Source: an uncultured candidate division Zixibacteria bacterium
GTDB lineage: Bacteria; Zixibacteria; MSB-5A5; GN15; PGXB01
NCBI GenBank assembly: GCA_963702205.1
Contig: OY969724.1
Location: forward strand, 3,552,001-3,616,000
DNA: 64,000 nt
Reading direction: 5' to 3'
Position numbers and translations under genes: made by a program. Below, piece after piece: positions 41,864-52,066 of the stretch (position 1 is its first letter; each line of letters starts with the position of its first letter). The notes below the pieces were generated by a model. That model had not been told where the DNA came from. It worked only from the letters and a program-made list of their open reading frames with translations, and ran no database searches.

Positions 41864-43082
41864 AGGAATCCTCTTTATCCGAATTCGCTTTCGCCGTTAT
41901 CCGGGCGCTTTTTTTTGTAATCAAAAAGACCCTCAATTTATCGCGCAGCTCCGGCGGGAGTTTTTCCGCGCGGTAAAACTCTTTGTACAAGACGTTCTGA
42001 TCGAGCTTAAAAGCCTCATCCAATCCGGCGTCGCGTGCCAGAATCGCAATATTAAGATAGGCGTCGGCGTTGGCCGTTTTCGACGGGAATTCCTCGGTTT
42101 CGCCAAACCTGACACTAAGCTCCCCCGCCGGTGATGATAACCTGGTCAGGTCGGCTTCATCGCAGAAACGAACGACGTCTTCTTTGAGAGCCTTCAACTC
42201 GGCAGACTTTGTCTTGATTTCTTTATCGAGAACAATATATTTTTCGGCCAGTGTCTCCCCGACTTTCTCATCGAACTGCTCGTCCTGATTGCCTTCAAGA
42301 GCCAGCTTGTGGCGTTTGGCCGGACATAGGCTGTAAAAATCGCACCAGTTGCACAGGTTGCTTTCATTGGGCGGGAAATTATCGTTTTGGGCAGCGTCCT
42401 CGATTTCCAGAATTTTCTGATACAGGGCGTAACGAATCTCTTCCAGCCTGCCGTCGTCGATATTGGCCGCCATTTCGACACCGTGCCGGATAAAAATCTG
42501 CCTGGCGCGCACGCGCTCAAAATCGGGCCAGAGATGCCGCACAGCTATCAGGTATAGGGCCATCTGGGGATCGTTATCCAAATCGCGCTGAGTAGGAAGC
42601 ATCGCCTGAGTTTTATAGTCAATGACTTCTACGGTACCGTCGCCGCGCTGCACCAGCCGGTCTATACGTCCCCTGATTTCGAACCGCCCGTTCGGGTCGA
42701 GCGGGAAAGTTATAAACTGCTCGACCACCAAAGTCTGGCCGTCGTCGAACGGAGCGTATTTGCCATAAAATCTCCTGAGGCCTTCGCGACCGGTTTCGAT
42801 AAAATCTTCAATCGAATCGCTTTCACGAATGACCACAATGTGATCTTTGTTGGATTCATCCCACTGCTTGTTATAGAAATCAAGGAGTTCATCGAGCGGC
42901 ATGACACGGCCGTTCAGCTTGGTCTTGTATAATGTTTCCAGGGCCTTGTGGACAGTACTGCCCAATAGCAGGTCGGCGGTGAGTTTTTTCTCGACCGTCA
43001 CTCTTTCGATATAGGCGAACTTGTACTGGCGGGGACAATTGTTGTATGTGCCGATGCTGGAATGACTGTATTTTCTGGCCAT
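41862..43082 (-). CDS. PD-(D/E)XK nuclease family protein (RecB/AddB-like)
   Basis: YSHSSI..YNNCPRQY, GRIDRL...VIDYKT, QMALY, CNWCDFYSLC (Fe-S-type Cys pattern). Confidence 0.88.
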   Translation of the reverse strand: MARKYSHSSIGTYNNCPRQYKFAYIERVTVEKKLTADLLLGSTVHKALETLYKTKLNGRVMPLDELLDFYNKQWDESNKDHIVVIRESDSIEDFIETGREGLRRFYGKYAPFDDGQTLVVEQFITFPLDPNGRFEIRGRIDRLVQRGDGTVEVIDYKTQAMLPTQRDLDNDPQMALYLIAVRHLWPDFERVRARQIFIRHGVEMAANIDDGRLEEIRYALYQKILEIEDAAQNDNFPPNESNLCNWCDFYSLCPAKRHKLALEGNQDEQFDEKVGETLAEKYIVLDKEIKTKSAELKALKEDVVRFCDEADLTRLSSPAGELSVRFGETEEFPSKTANADAYLNIAILARDAGLDEAFKLDQNVLYKEFYRAEKLPPELRDKLRVFLITKKSARITAKANSDKEDS

Positions 43083-43146
43083 GACATACCTCCGTGAAAC
43101 GTTCGGTACAAGATAGCCTTTAAGACGGCCCGGCGCAATCACATAT

Positions 43147-43179
43147 AAAAAAAGCCCGACGGGAAGTCGGGCCTTTTTT
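43147..43179 (-). terminator. Intrinsic terminator
   Basis: A-run, GCCCGAC-GGGAA-GTCGGGC, T-run. Confidence 0.8.
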
Positions 43180-43202
43180 CAGCTTGGTCAATATTTCTAA
43201 TC

Positions 43203-43796
43203 TTACGGAAGCTTGAAATTGGCACTGACCGATATGGAGTTGTACTTGGTAACTTTGACCGGCGTGTCGATCCAGTTCAAGCGATATTCCGCCGTAAAGG
43301 TCAGCGGAAACGCGGGCGGGGCGATTTCGGCGCCGCCGACCAGATGGTAGCCGAGACGGCTTTCATTCTCGGGCACCGCGATGTCGTTGTCTTCCAGCGA
43401 CAGCGAGAGCGGACGAGTGTAATCAAACCCGAGGGTGTGAGAACTCAGGCCTCCGCCCAGATACGGCGAAACCAGCTGGAGTTTGATCGGGTACAGCGCG
43501 GTGGCGCTGAACACGAAATCGTGACGCTTCAGCTCGAAAACGTCGCTGCCATAAGTCTGACTCTGGTTTTTCCAGGCGTAATCACCGGCGATCAAAACGT
43601 CGAACAAAGGCAAAGTCGAAATTTTGACCTGTCCGCCGACAAGATTCATATCGGCCAGATCGGCGCCCGGCAAAGCCAGCGTTTCCTGATCGTAGTTGGT
43701 CACCATGCCGCCGCGAATACCGAGAGTGACCCCGGTCAGAGCGAACGACGGAGCGGCGAAGCACAGCAACACCAACAGCATAAGTAGTCTTTTCAT
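43203..43796 (-). CDS. Outer-membrane beta-barrel protein
   Basis: Signal peptide, amphipathic strands, SPYLGGGL, aromatic residue near the C-terminus. Confidence 0.8.
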   Translation of the reverse strand: MKRLLMLLVLLCFAAPSFALTGVTLGIRGGMVTNYDQETLALPGADLADMNLVGGQVKISTLPLFDVLIAGDYAWKNQSQTYGSDVFELKRHDFVFSATALYPIKLQLVSPYLGGGLSSHTLGFDYTRPLSLSLEDNDIAVPENESRLGYHLVGGAEIAPPAFPLTFTAEYRLNWIDTPVKVTKYNSISVSANFKLP

Positions 43797-43944
43797 ACAT
43801 AAACCTCCGTTTAATCCAATTATCGACCGGGGGAGGTATTTCTTAACATTATAGGTTTATTTCCCTAACCTGCTCGGATTTTATACAGGGGCCCTATTTG
43901 CTTTATTTCCCGCCTCAGACAAATCTATTGACCCACAAAGGGTG

Positions 43945-44064
43945 GCCCCTTCAAATTCAATTGGAGGGGTTTTGGCCATAAATGCAGATTTGACAATTTT
44001 ATGAAATGATTCCGGCTTTAAAAAATTAACGGGCAGGCCCCTTCAATTTCAATTGGAAGGGATT
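43945..44064. repeat. Two direct copies of a hairpin repeat
   Basis: GGCCCCTTCAAATTCAATTGGAGGGGTTT (~43945) and GGCCCCTTCAATTTCAATTGGAAGGGATTT (~44036). Confidence 0.7.
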
Positions 44065-44147
44065 TATCTGTAATGCTGATTCATAACCACTCCAAACAAG
44101 TTTGGAGTGGCCACCCAAACGTTGTGCCCGGTCGGACCTTGATTCCC

Positions 44148-44195
44148 GTAGGTCGGGTTCTGAGCGAAACAACGTTAAGCGAAAAACCCGACATC
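44148..44195 (+). repeat. GTAG-type REP-like hairpin
   Basis: GTAGGTCGGGTT...GAGCGAAAC...AACCCGACATC, same family as the copies at 8463-8570. Confidence 0.7.
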
Positions 44196-44329
44196 TTATC
44201 GTTTTCGCGCGCCGGGCGCTGCGCGCCTTAATTATGATCAAACCGAATACAAGTACAGCCATTATTGTCATGAAGCCAATAACCGCAGCAATTTTATTTA
44301 TCGCCTTCCATATACGCATTTCATATTTC

Positions 44330-45136
44330 TCATTCTATCTGAAATGCTATTTTATCAGGGTATTTATCCATAATCTCATGGATGACGTTGTCGTCGTGGT
44401 CTTTTATCCGGAAAAACTGGATGTAGGAATCATGTATTTTATTGACGGAAAAGCCCGATAATCTGGCTTTCTCAACATTGGCCGGAAGACATTTATAATA
44501 GCCTGCGCGGACTACCGTCAATTCGGCCATCGAGGAAATCTCTTTCCGAAATTCGCGAAGCCTCTTTGTGTCATTGCCTTTGAAAATTATCCAGCCCACG
44601 TCGTCGGGAATTTTCAAGGTCGGTTCGAGGCTAATGTATTTTACTTTGGCGTTCCAGGCGTCCTCTCTAATCGTCATGGAATCGGTCAGAGTATCATAAT
44701 TAAGATGATAATTGACGGTATCGGCGTCGAAAATTACCTGAAGCTCGAAATTATGCGGGAAACGATAATTGGCTTCAAGATGTTCATATTTCAAATCGCT
44801 GGTTAATTGTAGTTTTATTTCAGCGGTGGAATCATCGATCATTCGTATGTCGAGAGGCTCGAATCCGCCGCGAGATATTAAACTGACCGACCAATCGGCA
44901 CATGCACTAAAGACGGCCTCCCGACACGGAGGCAAAATCAAGAGCCTGAATTTTTCTATCCGCATGGACATGCGCCGATACGCGGTCGAGCTGTAATGTG
45001 TGGTCGGAGCCTCCCCCCAACCGACGTCATAATCCTGGGCCGGCCCGATTGAGGCACAAAGTATTATTATCAACGAGACCAGCCAGAATCGGACATTAAG
45101 CGACTTATAGAATGTAATTTTGTTCTTTGACCACAT
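44330..45136 (-). CDS. Secreted hypothetical protein
   Basis: RBS GGAGG, signal peptide, 268 aa. Confidence 0.6.
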   Translation of the reverse strand: MWSKNKITFYKSLNVRFWLVSLIIILCASIGPAQDYDVGWGEAPTTHYSSTAYRRMSMRIEKFRLLILPPCREAVFSACADWSVSLISRGGFEPLDIRMIDDSTAEIKLQLTSDLKYEHLEANYRFPHNFELQVIFDADTVNYHLNYDTLTDSMTIREDAWNAKVKYISLEPTLKIPDDVGWIIFKGNDTKRLREFRKEISSMAELTVVRAGYYKCLPANVEKARLSGFSVNKIHDSYIQFFRIKDHDDNVIHEIMDKYPDKIAFQIE

Positions 45137-45581
45137 TGTTTTTCCTCCGGATCGGAGTCAATGCCGATAATCCGAGTTGATGGAAACCGCCCCGCTCCAT
45201 TTGTCGATCAAATTGGAACCCGGTTAATAACTCAAGATGCTATAAGAAATCATATTTATGCAACACAAGAAACATGCCAGATTGAGGCGACCGCCGCCAA
45301 AAGGCTGGAATCACATGGTATTCAACAAGATATGTTAATCCGGAGTTTTGCGTGAGATGGTATGTTAGTCGTTTGAGCCCGTAATTTACGAGCAAGATTT
45401 TCGAAAAACTCGTAATTTACGAGTTTTACGATAGAGGAAGATGTCGAAAGCGCGATTTTGGGCAGATTCCTCAAAGGAAGATGCCGAAACCGCCCTTTAT
45501 GCCTCAAGACCTTCGGCAGGGGTTTCGATCTATAGCGCTAAGATGTAGTCCACGGCTTTATCCAATATTTCTTTTCCACCC

Positions 45582-46160
45582 TTAGGATTGCTTTCTATTC
45601 TGATATGCTATAAAGGTATCGTAAACTACCCATTCGTCCCACATCAATCGATACATAGCACTGCAATAATCCAATGTCTCTGCCAATATGATCAGGTGTT
45701 CTCTCTGGCATGTCTCATTGCTCTCAATCAGTGATTCCCATATTTCTTCTCTGGTTTGGCCTATCATACCGATATGGGCTATGCGGCGTCGGCAAGTTAA
45801 TATGCTTCCTGATAGACCAATCTTCTGCATTCGCTCAAATTCGTGCTGGGCGACTACACCCAGGGATGCCTCATACCTCTGATGGCTATTGTCATCAATG
45901 AAGAAGGAAAGCTCCCAATATACATGGTGGTAGGAGTCTCTTAGATGGCTAGATAATTCAGCGTATTCTATCTTGTATGCAATTGCGAAACTCTCTCGTG
46001 CAGCGTGCCATGGGCAAGGTAAGCTTGAACGCTTCTTAACAAGTTGTCCTTGTTCATTAAGATCGGCATATACTTCTCCAACTTGTGAAACGAGTTCTGC
46101 TGCATGAGGATAGCTAATGCCTTCAGCACTTTCGTCGGATCGTGGATTTCCAAGCATCAT
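45582..46160 (-). CDS. Hypothetical protein
   Basis: 192 aa ORF with GAGG RBS, downstream of the HEPN gene. Confidence 0.5.
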   Translation of the reverse strand: MMLGNPRSDESAEGISYPHAAELVSQVGEVYADLNEQGQLVKKRSSLPCPWHAARESFAIAYKIEYAELSSHLRDSYHHVYWELSFFIDDNSHQRYEASLGVVAQHEFERMQKIGLSGSILTCRRRIAHIGMIGQTREEIWESLIESNETCQREHLIILAETLDYCSAMYRLMWDEWVVYDTFIAYQNRKQS

Positions 46161-46207
46161 TCATCCTCTTGGATCAAAGTAATCCATCATTATTGGGTTC
46201 AATGGCT

Positions 46208-46652
46208 TCACTGAAGTAACTCCGGATGGTTCTCTCTCAACCATGCTGTTATTTGTTGCCCTAATTTCGTAGCCACCCTGATCGCCGCCTCTGCCTCGGC
46301 ATCCGAGATCATATCAACTGAATCATAGGTGGCCACATGACGCATCTTCCTGATCTTGTGTAACAGCTTCATGGTGCCAGTTTCAATCGAGGTCACAGTG
46401 TGAGCAAGCGAATCGATGGTCCGTTCGTGCTCCCGTTCACGAGCCCGGACGATAGCCGCAAGCATACAACGCCGCCCGAGCGTACCGCAACGCTGCCGTG
46501 TAGCCCATGTTGAGTCTCCATCCGGCTGCAATTCCTTTAACCTGTGCGCATCTTACATCTTCCTCCGCGCTATGCAACAAGGTCTGGATTTCTCCGGCAC
46601 TGGTTTCATGGCTATGAATCCACCGGTTATTCAGCCAATCGTCTAAACTCAT
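46208..46652 (-). pseudogene. HEPN-domain toxin-like gene with +1 frameshift at ~46445
   Basis: MSLDDWL...ALYACGYRP joins AREREHERTIDSL...RKMRHVATYD on removing one G from CCGGG (147 aa); paired with an upstream MNT gene. Confidence 0.7.
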
Positions 46653-47232
46653 CTTCTGACCCGATCACAAATTCCTTCTCGGTAGTGGCCATTGATCTTA
46701 TGAAATGATTTGTCTGTGACCACTTCTTCTTGAACTCTGCCGCTGAGAACAGAGTGGGGTTGATCTCTCGCCCCATTGCTTCCTCGACTTTTGAGAGAAC
46801 ACCAACCAAGTCATCGAGTCCGATATCGCCGATGACGAACAAGTCAAGGTCGCTGCTTGAGACTTCCTCGCCCCTGGCAAAGGAACCGTACACGAATGCA
46901 ACATTGATTTGCTGCCCCAGCGGTTCGAGCGCTTCACGAATCCTACCAATCACACCGTACGTTTTGAATATGATGTTTCGCAGATCTCGGAAAATGGGGT
47001 GCTTCTGGTTGACAGTATAAAACTTCTGACGCCCTCTTTTCTCCGACGTCAGGATCCCCGCTTCGGTAAGACTCTTCAGTTCTCGCTGAATTACGCCCTG
47101 ACGCGTCGCGGTTAGTCGAACGACCTGGGAAAAATAGTACTCCTGATCCGGATTTAGAAAAAACAGCGCAAGAATCTTACGTTTCGTCCCCGGAAAGAGA
47201 GCCGCCGATATGTCATTTGCTTTCTTACCCAT
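46627..47232 (-). CDS. HTH plus minimal nucleotidyltransferase (MNT) antitoxin
   Basis: N-terminal winged HTH; YGSFARGE...SDLDL. Confidence 0.88.
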   Translation of the reverse strand: MGKKANDISAALFPGTKRKILALFFLNPDQEYYFSQVVRLTATRQGVIQRELKSLTEAGILTSEKRGRQKFYTVNQKHPIFRDLRNIIFKTYGVIGRIREALEPLGQQINVAFVYGSFARGEEVSSSDLDLFVIGDIGLDDLVGVLSKVEEAMGREINPTLFSAAEFKKKWSQTNHFIRSMATTEKEFVIGSEDEFRRLAE

Positions 47233-47271
47233 TTAGGGTAAAAATGTACCCAGATTGGGTAACATTGTCAA
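47225..47271 (-). promoter_or_regulatory. Sigma70 promoter overlapped by two palindromic operators
   Basis: TTGACA-17 bp-TACATT; palindromes TTACCC-N5-GGGTAA (47225-47241) and TACCC-N5-GGGTA (47247-47261). Confidence 0.75.
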
Positions 47272-47448
47272 GAAGAAAACAAGATTGGTCTGAAAGTTTG
47301 CTGAGAGTGAGATTGGCTGTTTCCTTAAGTCTATAACTGATTGTTGTTTAAGGGGATATAAAAAGCGGTGTCATTGTCATGCCGCCCCTCGCAAGGCTCA
47401 GGACCTTCGGCGAGTCGGCATGATACAAAATAAATTTACGTCCTACAT

Positions 47449-48279
47449 TTACCCCTGCCCCTCGGCTTTTTTGTCGCGTAATGCTGTAATGATGCCGTTG
47501 AGGCGTTCCACCTCGGCGCGGGCGGCCTGATCGAAATCTTCGCCGTCCGAGGCGTACAAAACACTTCTCCCCACATTTATCACGGCCAGCTTGGTGAAAT
47601 TCGACGTGCCCGCCTTGGCCGATTCCTCGAGGTCGCCGCCCTGCGCGCCGACGCCGGGAATCAGAATCGGCATCTCACGGGCGACCGAACGTATTTCGGT
47701 CAGTTTGCCGGGATGAGTCGCACCGACCACCAGCCCGAGGTTCTGCTCTTTGTCCCAGTACGCCACTTTCTCGGCGACGTACATATAGACCGGCTTGTTG
47801 ACGACGTGCATCAACTGGAAATCGCGGCTGCCGGTGTTCGAGGTCAGGCATAGTATAAACGCGCCTTTGCCGGGATAATCGAGAAACGGACGGATGGCAT
47901 CGTAACCCATGTACGGGTTAAGTGTCACCCAGTCGGCTTTGAAGCGGTCGAAGGCGGCCGAGGCGTAGTAACCGGCGGTGTTGCCGATGTCCCCCATTTT
48001 GCCGTCGATGATGACCCGTATTTCATCGGGGATGATCTTGATAACTTTTTCGAGCAGTGACAACCCCTCCGGTCCCAGCGACATATAGAAGGCGATATTG
48101 GGCTTGTAGGCACAGACAATGTCCCGCGTGGCTTCAATGATGCGGGCCGCGAAATCATAGTACCCTTTGATCGACCCGGCAAATTTCTGCGGTATTTTCT
48201 TGGGATCGATATCGAGCCCGACACAGATCATCGATTTATTTTTATCCTGAACTTCTCTTAAATCGGTTATTGCACTCAT
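47449..48279 (-). CDS. pyrF: Orotidine-5'-phosphate decarboxylase
   Basis: CVGLD, YKPN, DGKMGDIGNT, VVGAT, PGVGAQGG. Confidence 0.95.
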   Translation of the reverse strand: MSAITDLREVQDKNKSMICVGLDIDPKKIPQKFAGSIKGYYDFAARIIEATRDIVCAYKPNIAFYMSLGPEGLSLLEKVIKIIPDEIRVIIDGKMGDIGNTAGYYASAAFDRFKADWVTLNPYMGYDAIRPFLDYPGKGAFILCLTSNTGSRDFQLMHVVNKPVYMYVAEKVAYWDKEQNLGLVVGATHPGKLTEIRSVAREMPILIPGVGAQGGDLEESAKAGTSNFTKLAVINVGRSVLYASDGEDFDQAARAEVERLNGIITALRDKKAEGQG

Positions 48280-49194
48280 CTACCAGACCCTGACCTTTCC
48301 GATTAAATCTGTTACGGAGCCCAATTTACGATTTTTAAGATATTTTTTCAAGCCCTCGATAATTTTAACCGGAGCATCCGGTTCGACAAACAGAGCCGTC
48401 CCGACCTGCACCGCGCTCGCTCCGCAGAGCATGAATTCGATGACGTCGGCGACGTTGGAAATACCGCCGACGCCAATAATCGGTATTTTGACCGCCTGAT
48501 ACACGTTATGGACTTTGGCCAGCGCCACCGGCTTAATGCACGGCCCGGACAGTCCGCCGGTGTTGTTGGTCAGGCGCGGACGCCAGGTTTCGATGTCGAC
48601 CGCCATGCCGACCAGCGTGTTGATGAGTGAAACGGCATCGGCTCCCCCTGCTTCGCACGCTTTGGCAATCGCGGCAATATCGGTCACATTGGGTGAGAGC
48701 TTGGCGATAATCGGTTTGGCGCAGGCTTTTTTGACCTCGCGCACTGCTTTTTCGGCCAACTCGGTGCTGACGGCTATCTCCATGCCGAATTCGACGTTGG
48801 GGCAGGAGAAATTCAGTTCGATCATATCGACGCGCGGATAATCGTTCAAACGCGCGCACAGTTCGACATAGTCGCTAATTTTCCACCCGGCGACATTGAC
48901 TACGAGGACAAGATCGAGCTTGTCGAAAAACGGCAGCTTGCTTTCGATGTACCTATCGACACCGACATTGGCCAGGCCGATGGCGTTGAGCATACCAGAG
49001 GCGGTCTCGGCGGTTCGCGGCGGCGGGTGACCGTCGCGCGGCTGCGGCGTGATAGTCTTGGTGATGATGCCGCCAAGCGTTTTGAGCGGAAAGACCTCGG
49101 CCAGTTCTTCACCGTAACCGCACGTGCCGGAAGCGGTCAATATCGGATTTTTGAATTTTACTCCGGCGATTTCGACGGACAGATCGGGCGTCAT
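48280..49194 (-). CDS. pyrD: Dihydroorotate dehydrogenase B, catalytic subunit
   Basis: ASGT, NAIGLAN, ELNFSCPN, KLSPN, GGLSG. Confidence 0.95.
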   Translation of the reverse strand: MTPDLSVEIAGVKFKNPILTASGTCGYGEELAEVFPLKTLGGIITKTITPQPRDGHPPPRTAETASGMLNAIGLANVGVDRYIESKLPFFDKLDLVLVVNVAGWKISDYVELCARLNDYPRVDMIELNFSCPNVEFGMEIAVSTELAEKAVREVKKACAKPIIAKLSPNVTDIAAIAKACEAGGADAVSLINTLVGMAVDIETWRPRLTNNTGGLSGPCIKPVALAKVHNVYQAVKIPIIGVGGISNVADVIEFMLCGASAVQVGTALFVEPDAPVKIIEGLKKYLKNRKLGSVTDLIGKVRVW

Positions 49195-49982
49195 AGAACC
49201 ACCTCCCCGATTTCGTAGACCGGACCCTCGCGGCAGACGCGGGTATAACCGCCCGCGCGAAGAGTCCTTATACACCCCAGGCAGACTCCGATACCGCACG
49301 GCATCGGCGCTTCGAGCGAAAGCTGTCCGGGGATATTACGGGCGCGGCCGAGGTCATCGACCGCTTTCAGCATACCCTCAGGTCCGCAGGCGTACAAGCG
49401 GATGTTTCCGGCTTCGCGGTCTATGGCGTGCGCTATGGCCTCGGTGACAAGTCCTTTGAATCCGGAGGAACCATCGAGCGTGGCGGGGTATACTTTCACC
49501 CCGGTTTTGCGGATGCGGGTGATATCGACCAGATCGGTTCTCGTATTGCCGCCGTAGAAATATAAAATCTTTTTGGGATCGTACCCTTTTTCCACCATGC
49601 GTTTGGCGAGGAAATATATCGGCGGCATGCCGATGCCTCCCGCGGCCAGAACCTGAGTCTCGTTTTTTTTCGGCAAGACAAAGGAATTGCCGAGCGGGCC
49701 CAGAATATTCAGGGTGTCGCCATCGTGCAGCCGGGCCAGGAGGGTCGTGCCGCGCCCGAACACTTTGAAGATGATTTCAAATGACCCGTCTTTCGGGTTA
49801 ATATCGTACACCGAGAACGCCCGGCGGAAATAAATATTGGTGTCGGGAATTTTGAGATGAATGAACTGTCCCGGCTTTATATTTTCCACTTTCGGAAACG
49901 GCCCGACGGAAAACCGATAAAAGCCCTGACCCAAATGCTGCTTTTTCAATATGGACGTTGTCGCGACTTTTATCAAACTCAT
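49191..49982 (-). CDS. pyrK: Dihydroorotate dehydrogenase electron transfer subunit
   Basis: PGQF, GPLGN, GGIG, CGIGVCLGC...VCREGPV. Confidence 0.93.
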   Translation of the reverse strand: MSLIKVATTSILKKQHLGQGFYRFSVGPFPKVENIKPGQFIHLKIPDTNIYFRRAFSVYDINPKDGSFEIIFKVFGRGTTLLARLHDGDTLNILGPLGNSFVLPKKNETQVLAAGGIGMPPIYFLAKRMVEKGYDPKKILYFYGGNTRTDLVDITRIRKTGVKVYPATLDGSSGFKGLVTEAIAHAIDREAGNIRLYACGPEGMLKAVDDLGRARNIPGQLSLEAPMPCGIGVCLGCIRTLRAGGYTRVCREGPVYEIGEVVL

Positions 49983-52066
49983 TTAAGGCTCTCGGGCAGA
50001 GGGACAAAAAACTTGTATACAAACCAACTGTCAAACAACTCCGGTGGTATCCACCCCGTATTAAAATGTGAGGCGAGAACCGTCTCGGTAACTTCTTCGT
50101 TCAGTTCCGTCGACGGTGAAGGGTTCATCAAGCGCACATTGGTCACGTCACCGAATGCATCTATCTTGATCTGACAAACCATGTTACCTTCGAAATTCAA
50201 ATAGTACGCCGCCGGAGGATACCTGAATTCGCGATCGACCTTTATGGGTGCTTCCTGGGCGTCATAGATTTTATTACCATCGGTATCGATATAATATTTC
50301 TCTTCGACCGAAAGGGTACTTCCCTCGGTAGAGTCCGTAAACTGGGCGTTCGAGTCAAGTTCATTGGAGAAAATGGTATCCGACTCCTGATCCTGGCCGA
50401 CGATTTCGGTCCGGCGCGGAGCGCCTTTCAGCAGACCGCGAACTTCATTGGAAAATTCATTATTGGGAAAAGAATCCACGAAATCGGAGTAGGCGAAAAA
50501 TACGGAGGAGTCGCCCGGATTATTGTACTTATCGGTCAGCCATATCAGGGCGTAGCGGGCCTGCAGATTAAGATCCGAATCGGGCAGGCTGTCCGCTATA
50601 AAATTAAGATAAAACCTGGCTGAATCCCACGTCAGCGAATCGAACATGTACTTTTCCGCCTGGTGATAATAATACGCCGCGTAGCCGGTGTCGGCAACGG
50701 TTCCCGACAGCCCGAGCTGATCGATAACGGTGGGGATATAATCCGAACGCGGGTAATGCCTGAGTATCGAACGCAGGCTTGTATCAAAGGTCAGCGTGTC
50801 ATCGTAGTAGTCGCGGTAAATATAGGCTATGGCGGCCTTGGCCTCGGGCGCGGCCTGGGTTTCGGGGAATTTATCGAGGATAATCTGAAATTCTTCGAGG
50901 GCCGAATCCGGTTTGTCCAGCTGGGTAAGATACAGCTCGCCGAGAAGGTACTGAGTGTGCGCCGCGTTTTCGTAATCATCGCTCGTGGCGGTGGAATCGA
51001 GTCCGAGGCTTTTGGAATATTCCTCGAGTTTTCCGATATCGGTCGAGCGCTGAAGCGCTGCCTGACCGATGTCGCCTCCGGCGCGTTTGGCCTTGTCGTA
51101 ATATTCTTTGGCCTTTTTATAATCCTCATAGTCCGTTTGATAGATCAGCCCGAGGTTAAAATTAGCCTGCGCGGCCTCGGCGCTGCGGGGGCTTTCGACC
51201 ACGACCTGATCGTACGTGGCTTCGGCCAGAAGCAGGTCGCCATCCATTTCATAGCCCTGCGCGATTCTCATCTTAACCGGCGCCAGGCTGTCAAAAAACA
51301 GTTCGTCGCCGGCCAGGTTTTCGAATTTCTCCAAACCCGACTCGGTATCACCGAGGAAATAATAGCACCGGCCCATTTTGAAAGTTGCCTCGTAGATGAG
51401 TTTATTGTTCGGCTTCATATCGAGAACCTTCTGATAGTCCGCGATCGCCTTGGTATAATTGAACCGATTCATATTTCCGTCCGCGATATACATTTGCGCT
51501 TCGGGTTTGACGGTTTCATCGCCCAGCGAATCGATCAAAGATTGGAAATACGTGGCGGCGCTATCGTAGTTTTTTTGTTCGAAATAATACTCCCCGAGAG
51601 CCAGCGCGGCTTCGGCTTTGACGTCCTTCTCTTCGCTTTCATGGTACAGTTCCTCAAACAGATCCATGGCCGTGGCGACTTCATCCAGCTTCAGTTTCGT
51701 CTTCGCCAGGTACACTCGCGATTCTTTATAATATTTGGATTTGGGAAAATTGGCCAGAATCTCGCGAAACCTTCGTTCCGCGCGGACATAGTTCTCGGTG
51801 TAATAATTTGAAACACCGTTGATGAACAAGGCATCGTCGTACCATTTCGAATTGGGGTGGTTGTCGATAACTTTGTTGGATTTATCGATGGCCGTCGTGT
51901 AGTACGTCGCCAACCCTCGGGTGGTCTGGCCCCGTTCGAGATGTTTGCGTTTGGATTCGGCTTCGTTGAACGCTTTACGGGCGTGATAAAACATATTGTA
52001 ATAGACGCACCCGGACAACGCGAGCGCAACAATGATCAGGATTAATATTATTTTATGCCGTTTCAT
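49979..52066 (-). CDS. TPR lipoprotein with C-terminal TonB-like domain
   Basis: Lipobox LSGC, many TPRs, C-terminal YPPAA...EG..V..IKIDAFGDV.NVRL. Confidence 0.75.
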   Translation of the reverse strand: MKRHKIILILIIVALALSGCVYYNMFYHARKAFNEAESKRKHLERGQTTRGLATYYTTAIDKSNKVIDNHPNSKWYDDALFINGVSNYYTENYVRAERRFREILANFPKSKYYKESRVYLAKTKLKLDEVATAMDLFEELYHESEEKDVKAEAALALGEYYFEQKNYDSAATYFQSLIDSLGDETVKPEAQMYIADGNMNRFNYTKAIADYQKVLDMKPNNKLIYEATFKMGRCYYFLGDTESGLEKFENLAGDELFFDSLAPVKMRIAQGYEMDGDLLLAEATYDQVVVESPRSAEAAQANFNLGLIYQTDYEDYKKAKEYYDKAKRAGGDIGQAALQRSTDIGKLEEYSKSLGLDSTATSDDYENAAHTQYLLGELYLTQLDKPDSALEEFQIILDKFPETQAAPEAKAAIAYIYRDYYDDTLTFDTSLRSILRHYPRSDYIPTVIDQLGLSGTVADTGYAAYYYHQAEKYMFDSLTWDSARFYLNFIADSLPDSDLNLQARYALIWLTDKYNNPGDSSVFFAYSDFVDSFPNNEFSNEVRGLLKGAPRRTEIVGQDQESDTIFSNELDSNAQFTDSTEGSTLSVEEKYYIDTDGNKIYDAQEAPIKVDREFRYPPAAYYLNFEGNMVCQIKIDAFGDVTNVRLMNPSPSTELNEEVTETVLASHFNTGWIPPELFDSWFVYKFFVPLPESLK

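Noticed and set aside
41862..43082. Cas4-like nuclease suggesting CRISPR-Cas
   Set aside because: No other cas genes and no repeat-spacer array in the window; it fits a stand-alone PD-(D/E)XK nuclease.
43945..44064. Two ~30-bp direct repeats as a mini CRISPR array
   Set aside because: Only two imperfect copies with a ~60-bp gap and no cas genes; better read as REP-like hairpins.
44026..44319. 97-aa ORF as a confident gene
   Set aside because: The TM-like N-terminus is plausible, but the C-terminal half runs through REP-like repeats; support is insufficient.
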